Assembly: GCF_001194135.2 (NCBI RefSeq)
Contig: NC_069001.1
Coordinates: 26,863,028 to 26,910,719, forward strand
Direction of reading: 5' to 3'
DNA length: 47,692 bases
DNA from: Octopus bimaculoides
Lineage: Eukaryota
Of the stretch, positions 12,758-25,419 are shown in pieces (the first letter of the stretch is position 1; the number at the start of each line of letters is the position of its first letter). The translations under genes and the position numbers were made by a program. Under the pieces are notes generated by a model. The model worked only from the letters and a program-made list of their open reading frames with translations, did no database searches and was not told where the DNA came from.

Positions 12758-14199
12758 TTAATCATAAAATTACAGCATTATTATTATGATTTTTTTTTGT
12801 ATACATCGAAAGGCTATGACAGTCCAGTGAAATAAAAAAGCAATCAAAGGATTCCATAGGCAAAAGGTGGTTGGGAATCACTGATTAGGAACGTTATACG
12901 ATATTTGATTTGAGGGAAATCGTCACATGAACCACGAGAGAATATTACGTTGATTCGCTTTGAGATCGATGCATCGAAGTTGATAGAGATCAAAACAAAA
13001 TGAATAAATAAAATATGCTGTTGGGTAATCATGCTAATTCAACATTCCAAAAGTATCTTAATAGATTAAGGTTCAAGACATTCAATTTTATTGAAACTCC
13101 GGGCTGTACAAGTTCATGAATTAAACCCCTGTTCCCCACTCTCTATCTACCTATATATCTATGTATATATATATAGAGAGAGAGATAGATAGATAGAGGG
13201 GGCAGATAGATATTGATTGATAGGTTGAAGGAAAGATAGATACATACATATATATATATATACATATCACTTCCACTCTCATACCCCTATAGTTTTTCTG
13301 TCTCACTCACTGCCTCCCCTCTCTCTGTAGCTCTATTTTCTCTTTTGCTTTCTCTCTATATCTGGCGTTCTCCTCTTCCCTCCCTCTTTCTGTTTCTCTG
13401 TTTCACCTCGAAAGTAGATATAGTGCAGGAAAAAGAAGACAAAAAAGAAACAATAATATATAAATTCTCAAGAACACAATGTTAAAGAAGTAAATTTATG
13501 TGCAACTATTTCGATATTTACTGGGAATTATGGTATCACAAAACACAACGATTCTGAAAAGGGATATGGAGAAAATACTTAAAAAATGATAAACTCAGAT
13601 AGGATACTGAAAGACAATTAAACCTCTCTCGCTGGAGACCTATACTAGAAAAAAGAAAAAAAAAAAGAAAAAGAACCGTAAATAAGAAAGACGAAGCCAA
13701 GTTGGGTGTTGAAGTGAGTGCTTAAAATGATTTCACACAAATAATTGAGGCAATAAGACACATAGATAAACGCCTCAATTCTAACTGAACGTGTCGGCCA
13801 TAAAATTTATTGAATAAAGAATATATGTGATTAAACTATAAACAAAACTTATTAAAATAACATATTCGTGTGAAGAAGTTCAATATAGCAGATATGAAGT
13901 TTTTATGAGATATTAATCCGGTAAAAATATGCACATAAAATTGATGTGGGTTTGTTTGTGCGTGTGTGCATTTAGTGTGTGTATATATTTTCGTGTGTGT
14001 GTGTGTGTGTGTAAAAAAAACATAATCTGTTCTATATTAAAATTACAAAAATATACAAGTATACCAAAATGAATGTCTGCTATTAAATTGCAAGTTAAAT
14101 TTAAAGTGAATGGTCACAAACACGCGCGCACGGACACACAGACACCCCTCACACAGAAACTCACACACACTTAAATATACACACGTCTATCTTTTATCG

Positions 14200-14602
14200 T
14201 TTTCTTTTACCTTGTACTTGCTTCAATCCTTGAACTGGGGCCATGCTGGGGCCATACTGGTGCCATACAGGGCCCCGCTTTGAATGGTTTAGTCGCAGAA
14301 ATCCAGTAATTATTTTCATGCCTGATACTAATACTATCGGTTCTTTTACCGAATTTCAATGTTATGGAGACGGAAACAAACCAACATCGGTTGTCAAGTG
14401 GTGAAGGGAAACAAACACATACATAAAGGCACATACATAGAGATATACATACGTATGCATATAATTATAGGATGGATGTCTTTCAATTCGATTTCCGCCA
14501 ATCAATTCAACTCACGTGGCTTTAGTCGGCTCGAGGCTATAACAGAAGACATTTGCTCAAGGTGCCCCACAGTGGGACTGAACCCGTAACGTTGTGGTAA
14601 AT
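14200..14602 (-). mobile_element. SINE family 2, near full-length diverged copy with internal 11 bp tandem expansion
   Basis: Contains GGGACTGAACCCG (B-box, minus strand), CCAACATCGGTTGTCAAG and TTTTACCGAA segments shared with 16600-16890 and 34500-34700. CTGGGGCCATR is repeated 3-4 times at 14235-14276. Confidence 0.8.
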
Positions 14603-14636
14603 ATATGTAAATGTATATATGTGTGTGTGTGAGTGT

Positions 14637-14669
<33 letters not shown>

Positions 14670-16412
14670 TACACGCGCGTGTGTAGTGCAAAGATGGAAG
14701 AGAAGAGCAAAAATTTCACTTTTAACCCATACTTAAATTGTGCTTAACAGCTGTTTCTCTCTCGTAGACACTCCAAAACGCATAATTACGTAATTGTGAT
14801 CCTTAAATCATTTAAATTCTTTTTCTTCTACTTCTTTTTTTTTTCTTCAAGTCTTCCACCTCCTTTCTTCTTCTTCTTCTTCTTCCTCCTACTCTTTTCC
14901 TTCTCCTTATTCTCCTTACCATCTCCATCATTCCGTGTCTACATCAAATCTTTCCATTACGTTTCAATTTATCCAAACAACAAGACGTTTGGGAATCTGG
15001 AATTGTTAGATGCTGAGACGAGAAAACATGTTGAAAGGCAGACAATAGAGTTAAATGAATTCGCAGAAAATTCTTCTTCAGAAAGGAGTTGGTGTTGGAA
15101 CGCTTCTGTTATAACTATATTTGTAAAGAAGGCAGGTGTTGAAGTTTTTGTGTTGATATGGTTAGAAACTTTGAAAATCCATACGCTTCATACACAGCGG
15201 AAAAGATGAATTACTCTATTTCAAACTTGGCAATCTCCACTCATGAAAAACAGCATAAACGAAGTTTGAAAAAAAAAATGTTAAAATACTATTTTGATTT
15301 TGTTTATAAAAACGAAAACATAAATTCTAAAAATTAAAGAAAAAAGATTATAAACGTATCTCGAAAATTAAATCAAAACAGGAATTATTTACGCTCCATA
15401 GAATTGATTTGTGTGCAAATCTTCAACTTCAGATTGTATTTGTGATAAGGTTTGAAAATAAAATTAAGCTAACACCAGTTATGTACAAAAATACAGCGTA
15501 CCATGGTAATGTATGCACACGTCAGTACACTTATACAAATTTACACAATAATAATTACAAGCATGAATAAATACACACGGACATACATATGCACACACAT
15601 ATAAACACGTATCTCTGCATCTCTTTAGACTGTATCTATGTGCATAGGTGTATCTGCATATATATATATACTTACGGATATATATATATTAAAAATATAG
15701 ATAGATAAACAGACAGACAGACAGACATATAGATAGATAGATATATACATGTGTATGTATGTATGTATACATTTTATGTGGAGTATAAATCATTTCTCGC
15801 TCTTCTTCATTCAAGATTCACGAATGTTAGTTCAATTAGACGGTTATATTGCCAAATATAAGAATAATATAGGCCGTATATTGAGTTAGTGTCAGTACAT
15901 GTGACTTTTATTGTTCACTATATAACAAAGTTCAAACATTCCACAGCGGAACATATAATTTTCAAGGGCAGTAACTGTACTTGTCTTCAGAACCAAATTT
16001 GACTTTTATAATACTATTCAAGCAGATATCATTTCCCTGTTTTTAGATTTGTGTATCACATTCTGCACATAAGAACATGCTTAGATTTCCGTTCAATGAG
16101 AAAAAAAAAACATAATAAAAGATCTAGTTGTAACATTGTACGATTTTGTTTGTTTCCTTATAGTGTTGTCCTTTATCTCTCTATTAAATTTAAATAAGAA
16201 GACAGACAATAAATGATATACTCCGACACCCATTTTTTTTTTTTTTTTTTTTGGTTTTGCTTGATTATATTATCACATAATTCTAATGTCCGCAACTCGC
16301 AGCGCGTAATTTCAAAGTTTGTCTTCTGCCATCTCTTGTATATCGAGCGAGAATTTCCGCTAAGTTTCTCGCATTTATGTATATACAAGCGTATAAATCT
16401 CGTATAGCCCAT

Positions 16413-16452
<40 letters not shown>

Positions 16453-16599
16453 TACACACACAAATATATATTATGTATATGCATAAGGATTAAATCATTA
16501 TAGAATAATGATCTTATAGGTGGCCACCATGAACCAAAAACCGTATAGGTGAGACTTAATATAGATATATAATTATATTCTTTTATTCGTTTACTTATT

Positions 16600-17141
16600 T
16601 GTCATCTGACTGCAACCATGCTGTAGCACCGCCTTTTGTCGAACAAATCGACTCAATAACTTGATCTTTGTGAGCCTAGTACATATACTACCGGTCTCTT
16701 TTTGCCGAACACAACATCTGTTATCAAGACCTGGTGGGAGACAAACACAGACACAACAATAATATATATATATATATACAACGGGCTTCTTTCAGTTTCT
16801 ATCTACCAAATCCACCACGCAAGGCTTTGGTCAGCCCGAGGCTATAATGGGACTGAACCCGGAATCATGTGGTTAGGAAGCAATCTTCTTATTTCTTTAT
16901 TGCCCACAAGGGGCTAAACAGAGAGGGGACAAACAAGGACAGACAAAGGGATTAAGTCGATTACATCGACCCCAGTGCGTAACTGGTACTTAATTTATCG
17001 ACCCCGAAAGGATGAAAGGCGAAGTCGACCTCGGCGGAATTTGAACTCAGAACGTAACGGCAGACGAAATACCGCTAAGCATTTCGTCCAGCGTGCTAAC
17101 GTTTCTGCCAGTTCGCCGCCTTCTTACCACACAACCATTCC
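16600..17141 (-). mobile_element. SINE family 2 copy interrupted in its tRNA-like head by a family 1 SINE
   Basis: Family 2 sequence runs 16600-16890 and resumes at 17121 (TTCTTACCACACAACCA). Confidence 0.85.
16891..17120 (-). mobile_element. SINE family 1, young full-length copy nested in a family 2 SINE
   Basis: Near-consensus sequence whose minus strand starts GGCGGCGAACTGGCAGAAACGTTAGCAC. TSD TTCTT at 16886-90 and 17121-25. Confidence 0.92.
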
Positions 17142-17159
17142 TATATAATTATTTTAAGG

Positions 17160-17378
17160 GGAGTGAGAAACAGCACCAACATGCTAGAGATAGACGTCAA
17201 ATGACTAAAATTACATCATTTTACACTCCGTCACTTCAGGTTGAAAGCGAATGAATAAAAAAGATTTAGCAACATTTTTTTAGAGGTTAATTTTTTAGTT
17301 CGAGCGATTTCTGCTTTAGTAATATATATATTACTTTACCTTCGCCAGTAGAATATATGAAAAATTACATAAATGCAA

Positions 17379-17417
<39 letters not shown>

Positions 17418-17995
17418 AATACTTGCGTTTATATACGTATACATAAATTCACACGTATATAGGAGGCAAATTTCATTATTCATTTCAAACACGTGCGTCT
17501 TTGATCAAAATAATACCGCTGTGACTAGAATAAACGGAGTGAATAAATATAATATATACACAATTAAGGATAAAATCATTATTAAATAACATATAGGTCA
17601 GAATTAATAATATATGTATATAATTATATAGATAATATAATATAGGTATATAATTATATAGGTATAACTAAGGGTACCGAGTTATAATATAATATACGTA
17701 TATAATTATATAGATATAACTAAGGGTACTGAGGAACAGCACTAACATGCTAGAAATAGACGTCAAGTGATTCTAAAGCCATATCAGTTTACACTCCATT
17801 AACACAGGTTGAAATCGAGGTATTGAATAAATGAGATTTAGCAAAATGTTTTCAGAGGTTAATTCTAGATCGAATGACTTCTGGTTTAGTATTACAAAAA
17901 TTGCTTTACGCTCGTCAGTAGATTATACCAAACAAGTACCTAAATGCAAATATATATACATACCCATACATGATAAAATACATACTTGAAAACAT
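17160..17995. repeat. Old tandem duplication of a ~230 bp unit (about 17160-17385 and 17730-17955), each followed by TA-rich sequence
   Basis: Colinear blocks AACAGCAC.AACATGCTAGA.ATAGACGTCAA, TTTACACTCC, CAGGTTGAAA.CGA, GATTTAGCAA, AGAGGTTAATT, CAGTAGA and AAATGCAAATA occur in both copies. Confidence 0.8.
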
Positions 17996-18012
17996 ATATT
18001 TTCTATATTGCA

Positions 18013-18054
<42 letters not shown>

Positions 18055-18064
18055 NNNNNNNNNN

Positions 18065-18107
<43 letters not shown>

Positions 18108-19311
18108 TATATGCTTTCAAGTTTGTATTTTATCATCATAGTAGTCCTTATATTTGTTTTCTTTTTTTTTATCTCCGTTCAGTGTTCGTATTTTCGCAAT
18201 CGGAAATTCAGGTAACGATAATGATATAAAGATATTCTCCATTTCGGGGAAGAACAAAGTCTACGTTGTCATGTTGAATGTTTATACAAGTTATATTAGC
18301 AAGCTGATGTATTTCATTGCACTTTGAGCGTATGACGATTTCTTCAAATATATACAGTTACCCCCTTTGCTACATTTCTAAATTAAAGAATCTAATCTAA
18401 TTCATAAAACATTTGCTATATAAACGCAAAGATTTTACTGACAACTATATNNNNNNNNNNNNNNNNNNNNNNNNNNNNNNNNNNNNNNNNNNNNNNNNNN
18501 NNNNNNNNNNNNNNNNNNNNNNNNNNNNNNNNNNNNNNNNNNNNNNNNNNNNNNNNNNNNNNNNNNNNNNNNNNNNNNNNNNNNNNNNNNNNNNNNNNNN
18601 NNNNNNNNNNNNNNNNNNNNNNNNNNNNNNNNNNNNNNNNNNNNNNNNNNNNNNNNNNNNNNNNNNNNNNNNNNNNNNNNNNNNNNNNNNNNNNNNNNNN
18701 NNNNNNNNNNNNNNNNNNNNNNNNNNNNNNNNNNNNNNNNNNNNNNNNNNNNNNNNNNNNNNNNNNNNNNNNNNNNNNNNNNNNNNNNNNNNNNNNNNNN
18801 NNNNNNNNNNNNNNNNNNNNNNNNNNNNNNNNNNNNNNNNNNNNNNNNNNNNNNNNNNNNNNNNNNNNNNNNNNNNNNNNNNNNNNNNNNNNNNNNNNNN
18901 NNNNNNNNNNNNNNNNNNNNNNNNNNNNNNNNNNNNNNNNNNNNNNNNNNNNNNNNNNNNNNNNNNNNNNNNNNNNNNNNNNNNNNNNNNNNNNNNNNNN
19001 NNNNNNNNNNNNNNNNNNNNNNNNNNNNNNNNNNNNNNNNNNNNNNNNNNNNNNNNNNNNNNNNNNNNNNNNNNNNNNNNNNNNNNNNNNNNNNNNNNNN
19101 NNNNNNNNNNNNNNNNNNNNNNNNNNNNNNNNNNNNNNNNNNNNNNNNNNNNNNNNNNNNNNNNNNNNNNNNNNNNNNNNNNNNNNNNNNNNNNNNNNNN
19201 NNNNNNNNNNNNNNNNNNNNNNNNNNNNNNNNNNNNNNNNNNNNNNNNNNNNNNNNNNNNNNNNNNNNNNNNNNNNNNNNNNNNNNNNNNNNNNNNNNNN
19301 NNNNNNNNNNN

Positions 19312-19355
<44 letters not shown>

Positions 19356-20439
19356 TCATATATAATTGCGTGCTAGGAAGCAGGATAAATGCATCAGCCC
19401 TATATGATTCATACGATCAACAACAGTCATCGCAACTAATCAGTGTGTATGTTTGTGTTGTGTATGTGTGTGTGTATGTGTTTGTGTGTGTGTGTGTGTG
19501 TATGAGTGTGCCATGCCTGTGTCTTGCCTGTCAATTTTGTATGAACCAGGGGACAAAAGAAAAGAATCGACTGTAAATATGTAGCGTATAGAGATGTTTA
19601 GAAAGAACGAGGAGTGAGTGAAGAGAGGCGGGGTAAAAGACAGAAAGAGGTGGATAGAAAGGGCGAGAGAGAGAGAGAGAGACTATAAAGGAGGTGCAGT
19701 GAAAGAAATCGCGACTAAGACTAGGGTCTATTGTTTAAATACGAAGGTAGAGTTTTGTAGTAAATTATGGAGCGGAGTTACTATGCAATCTTTTTTTAAA
19801 TGTGTAAGGGAAAGACATACTTTATTGTATCTTTGAAATACGTTTCCAGTGAATAACATTATGCAAATTACTTTCATAGAAGCATAAATAACTGGAATTT
19901 ACTCATGGAAAAATTAACGTTTTATTGGGATTCTTCTACTGAAAATAAAATTTACTCAAGGTTTCATTTTATTTTTAATATTTTCTTCTACAAAACGAAA
20001 TATTATTTCGTAGATGCATAAATATATTTCGATATTTTATTGCATTATATTTAGGGTAATTTTGCGAAGAATACAAGGAATGTAAAGAAATGTAGTATTC
20101 TTCAATCAATATTTGCTTGTCTTTTCCGCTCTATGTTCTATATTGAAATTTTGACGATGCTTGATTATGGAAATTTCCAATACTGTACTCCCGGGTAGCT
20201 ACGATGTGCAAAATGAATATGCAGCTGATGTAGTTTCTTTCACCATATGCCATCTCTCTTAGAGCAGACACAGATCTAAATGTTATCAACTAAAGTCATC
20301 TCAGTCAACGAAATCTTTCTGTTATCAAATTAGATTTAGTGCACGTAGAATTGTTATCATGACTCACAAAGTTCCTAGCGGCGTTTCATCTCTTACTTTA
20401 CGTGATGAGTTCTAACTTTATAATCCATCTTTTCTGAGT

Positions 20440-20745
20440 CTATAAAATAAATAAAAGTTGAGCATCGATGTCGATGTACTCGACTTAACCTCCCCTTAAT
20501 CAAATTTCAGGCTTAGTTCCAAAATTTCTAACCATTATTAAGAATTGTTAGTGCGTCTAGATACATGCGATGCTGTAGTTGTTCTTGTTATTTATAAACT
20601 AAATTCAGCTGACACCCAGGTTAACATTTCTTTTCATCTTTTCCCGGTGGATAATATGAAGCACCAGCCAAGTACTGGGTCGATGTATTAGAAATGCCCA
20701 TTAATCTCAAATTTGCCATTCTTGTGCCAAATTTATTATTAATAT
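20440..20745 (+). mobile_element. Two degenerate SINE family 1 3' fragments
   Basis: GTCGATGTACTCGACTTAACCTCCCC..AAATTTCAGG and CCAAGTACTGGGTCGATGTA..CAAATTTGCCATTCTTGTGCCAAA. Confidence 0.55.
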
Positions 20746-21105
20746 ATTATTAGTAGTCATATTGCCTTTGCTCAGCTTCTAACACTGGAGATGTACTACG
20801 GTTTCAGCTGTTCACTACCAGTGAACTAAGGTAACATGTCTTAATTTTCGAGCTCCTTCCGGAGTATTCGAGCGGTTCCAAAAAGTGCTGTTTCCTGCAA
20901 TTGTTTCACATTTATTGCAGCCCCTATTTGTTCTATGTACTTATCAAGATTTTATTCACTGTTCCCAGGGCCCCGACAGTTATTGGTTCTACTACCACCT
21001 TTTTCATCAACCACAACTCGTTAACCTCCCAAGATAACCCATCATATCTATCGACTTTTCATTCTTCCTTATCGCATACCTAGTTGTCAGCTGGGCATGC
21101 TATAC

Positions 21106-21137
<32 letters not shown>

Positions 21138-21682
21138 GTCTGAGAGAGCAGTGCATGCCCTCAAAGGGACACTGGGGTAAAATATACAAAGCCCAGTAAA
21201 CCCATCGTCTGATAAGGGTACACTGCACACATGCATCGCGACCATATATGCGTGACAGTGATCTCATCTCAAGATAAATAGAGCATGACCTTGCAGATGG
21301 GACCCAGCTAGAGTTTTCTTCGGGTCAAGTAGCCCATCCTACTCAAAAGAACCCTGCATAAAGGTTGTGCAGGGATGTTGAACGAAACACCCATGTTTTG
21401 AGAGTTGAAATATTTAGATAACCAAAAATTCCTCTCAACACATGACTATGATGTTCCCCCAATACTTCTGTTCGGGAACAGAGATGCACATAGCATCAGC
21501 CACCAAGAGACTTGTTCAACTGCTTATGGTTAAGCAACTGACAAGAAAATCTGTGTTACTGAGCAGAATATTTACTGTAGCCCATATTTTACACCAAGAA
21601 AAAACAATGCACATGGTAACACTTCCAATCAATTAAGATCAGAAACCATGAGAGCCTCTGCCTAATACTGTATCAGGGCATT
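21138..21682 (-). mobile_element. ~540 bp interspersed element embedded in (TAA)n, copy 1 (class unresolved)
   Basis: Colinear end to end with 41826-42353. Both copies have (TTA)n on both flanks. Strand is inferred from the tail. Confidence 0.8.
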
Positions 21683-23866
21683 TATTATTATTATTATTAG
21701 TAGTAGTAGTAGTTACGAATCCATATGTTTCTCTTTTGGGAGTGAATTTGTCTTTCAGAAGAAATATAATTATGTTGGTCTGTATTCATTGCCTAAATCA
21801 TGATGGTTTAATTATAGAAAAAGAAAATATAGTCTTGATAGAGAGTTCAATCGGCAAACTTTGGCGAGAATCAAATGGAGGCGATCTATTTATTTTCAGC
21901 TCTTTTATATTGGTTGCATCAATCAATGGATTAAATTATCAACAGAAAAGTGATAGGATTTATTATCACTTTTGCTGTTGAATAACAGTAACAAAATCTT
22001 GCTTAACTATTTGTTTGTGTTGATAATAATTAGATAGTAAGTACTACTCGAATTAACGCATGATCAAAGGCTTTCTGATTCACCATTTCCTCCTTCGTAC
22101 GAAAGGAATATTTTGCGTTATGGTTTCTGTCTTTAATTAAGAAGTTAATGTGTAGTTTGAGGGAGATTTCATCGCTTTTTCTAGCATGACGACACTACAA
22201 TTTACAATGTACGTCCTTGAGAGAAATGTGTTTGCTATTCTTTGTAGATCGAATGCAAGCTTATTCTCTATTACGTTGGATTTAATAATTTCAGATAAAT
22301 TTGGCTTGTATTTGAGAAAGCGGTAAAGCAACGTAGAATATCATATAACGACCTATATGATTTAATAAAGACTTGGTTGCTATTTCTAACAAGTCAAGCA
22401 TTGCTCACTCATTGGCTTTTTCATTCTAGTAAAATCTAAGAATTACGTGACCAATTTTAACAATTACATGAAAATGAATTCATAAAAGTATAAACATAAA
22501 ATATAAAACAAATAAGCATAAATTTCAAAAATATTCATACAGTCATAAAACATAACAGATACTTCAGTCCAGAATCTTTCCTAATCTTGTATGACACCTA
22601 CTATTTTTAATATTTACAGTATTAATAGTACAATTATCTTAAGAATCCTTAAATCTAAACTTGACATTATTGGAAGTTTTCAGGTTTAAAACTCTATTGT
22701 AGATTTCCTACTGTTAACAACCTCGTAAATGCATACTATCATCAGTGAGGCGAAGCATTGAATATCTATATATTATTCCATTTGTTTTTATTTAGTAAAA
22801 TATTATAAAGAAAGCTATTGCTTTGGTGTAATGCTAAAGCTCTGCATTAAACAGTTTGCAATCAGCTGTGTGGTCTGATGTTCTCAAAAGAAAAGAATCA
22901 AAATAGCGAAGAAACAATTTTCTATCCACAATGTTTGCTTATATTCGTTTATACAGAACTTTCATTGTGCTATTTACTCTACATAAGCACACCATTGTGT
23001 TCAACAGAATTGCTATTCATACTAATATTTTTCAACTGCGAGTAAATTTCCTTTTAATACAGTTACTCTAACACTATCTTTTAAAATGTACGATATGTTA
23101 TAAGGAATATGAAATTCTTCTGAATACAGTCATAGTAACAATGCGAGATTCAGAACTAATTTAATTTTCAGCGGCACTTCTTAAATCCATTAATTTCACA
23201 ATACATACGTGCGCATGTATGTATGTATGTATGTATGTATGTATGTTTGTATGTATGTATGTATGCATGTATGCGTACATATATGTTCGTATGTAAATGT
23301 GTATGTATATATGTATACAATTAAGAGACGATCCATATCAGAACAATCACTGTTGCAGAAATTTATTTTGTCATAAATTTTAATCATTTAATTATTTGCA
23401 ATTTATAAAGTACGACTAATTCCATTAAATCTAATTAGCTATACGTAACAGTAGTTTTAATTAATACTACATTAATTTGGACAATTAAATGTTCGATGCT
23501 CGATTTCCTAGTACGTGTATGTAACCTAGCACCAGATTCTGAATAAAATGTGTAATTCCATCTGTTGCTAAATATGAACCTTGTCAGATGAAAGGGATGT
23601 TGAAGAAAGAATGGCATTAATATTTTCCTGAAACATCTGTGAAACGATCCCTGCCGGAAATAATTTGATGAGGAACATTGATGTTCGTAGAGGAGAAAAG
23701 CTTTTGCTAATAAATGTTAAGTTCTGGGCGCAGGTAGCGGTAAAGTGCACTTTGACAAAAGTGAGTTGTGTGAATAAGGTGAGCAGACATGTATAAAAGT
23801 AGACTGCTCAAAGGAGAAGAAGACCTCGAAAAAGACGAATTGAACACATCTATGAGCCTAAAGATT

Positions 23867-24245
23867 GAGGCGCAATGGCCCAGTGGTTAAGGCAGCGGAC
23901 TCGCGGTCATAGGATCGCGGTTTCGATTCCCAGACCGGGCGTTGTGAGTGTTTATTGATCGAAAACACCTAAAGCTCCACGAGGCTCCGGCAGGGGACGG
24001 TGGCGAACCCTGCTGTACTCTTTCACCACAACTTTCTCTCACTATTACTTCCTGTTTCGGTTGTGCCTGTAATTCAAAGGGTCAGCCTTGTCACATTGTG
24101 TCACGCTGAATATCCCCGAGAACTACGTTTAGGTTACACGTGTCTGTGGAGTGCTCAGCCACTTGCACGTTAATTTCACGAGCAGGCTGTTCCGTTGATC
24201 GGGTCAACTGGAATCCTCGACGTCGTAAGAGACGGAGTGCCAACA
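23867..24245 (+). mobile_element. SINE family 3 (tRNA-derived), full-length with 15 bp TSD
   Basis: A-box TGGCCCAGTGG, B-box GGTTTCGATTCC, 3' stem-loop and CAA tail. TSD ATGAGCCTAAA(G/T)ATT at 23852-66 and 24246-60. Confidence 0.92.
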
Positions 24246-24513
24246 ATGAGCCTAAATATTTACAGTATATTAATGTTGTGGTTTTTGACTATCAGTTTAA
24301 TGGCTGTGTATTTGCATGTTATCGTGGACGATTGTTGAAAATAGCCACACTATCCCAGATGTGGGAGTGTGTGTGCATTACTCCAATGGAGGACTTATTT
24401 GAGTGGCGTGAGTCAGAGTATCGCTTAACCTGAAGAGATTTCTAGCATTATGGGTGTATTTTATGCTTATCTTTACGTATGTGAGGCCCACAAAGTTTTA
24501 AAATGTTGCAATG

Positions 24514-25419
24514 CGAGGTGGTATCAAAATGATCCCAGGCTAGTTCTGTAGCGCATCAACAGAGCGCAGCACACGGTTGCGTGTATAATGATATAGCAGT
24601 GACCTTCATGACACAGTGTGCCGAGTGACATGAATGTGTTTACTACAGAAGTTGGGAAATTTGTGTTTATCTGATCGTGTAGAAGCTGTAGTCTGCGATT
24701 TTGTCATGGACATGAACGTACAGAGAGCCAACTTGGGAAGTCTCTTAGGGAGACATTGAGCATGCTTCTACAAGCTTACTGCGACGAGGCAAGGGATAGT
24801 ACGCGGCTTCGAATCGCACGAGCGCTACACAAGCGTAAGAACTTCCTTGGAAGACGATGAGCAATCTGAAAGATCTGCCTTGAGCGTCACCTCTGGAAAT
24901 GTAATATTGTATATCGAGAATTCGTTCCCTAGGGACAGACCGTCAATCGAGAATACTATTGCGATATTTTGAAGCTTTTGAGGGAGGACATTCAGCGAAC
25001 GTGACCGGATCTGTGGAGCGCGATGAATTGGACTTTTTAACGACGACAATGCACTCTGTATCCGAGTTCTCCTCATTCGTTAGTTTATCGCCAAAAAAAA
25101 ACAACATGGTATTGCATCTTCACACGCCCTACTAGCCAGATTTAGCACTTACGAACTTCCATGTCTTCCCCAAGCTTAAATGGTAACTCAAAATTCACCG
25201 TTTTAACACAGTTGTCGAGAATCAGAGAGAATCGCAGAGGTCCTCGACTTTCTTAAGGAAAACGCCTTCCAGGCCGTCTTCCGAAAGTGACAGGAACACT
25301 GGGGCCGGTTTATTGTTGTACAAGGTGACTCCTTTGAAGGTGGCGATGTTAAAACTTAGGTAAATCAGTTATTTTTTTATTAAACAAAACTAGTCCAAGA
25401 ATCTTTTGATGTCACCTCG
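24514..25419 (+). mobile_element. Mariner (DD34D-type) transposon, internally deleted pseudogene with both TIRs
   Basis: Left TIR CGAGGTGGTATCAAAATGATCCCAGGCTAGT pairs imperfectly with right ACTAGTCCAAGAATCTTTTGATGTCACCTCG, with TG/TA flanks. Broken frames give LGKSLRETLSML, QTVNREYYCDILKLLREDI, DDNA and PY*PDLALTNFHVFPKLK. Confidence 0.9.

Noticed and set aside
14796-15209. 137 aa ORF
   Set aside because: The first third is a CTT/poly-T tract, the remainder is unrecognised, and the antisense frame is also open. It could be UTR but cannot be supported as CDS.
18413-19576. Longest ORFs in the track (387, 306 and 304 aa; also 35636-36447, 37521-38297, 43949-44598, 7031-7370)
   Set aside because: They are open only because they run through N gaps and (TA)n.
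23867-23942. tRNA-like sequence (also at 31220)
   Set aside because: It is a SINE head: there is no closed acceptor stem, it continues into a shared ~300 bp body, and it is flanked by TSDs. Not a tRNA gene.
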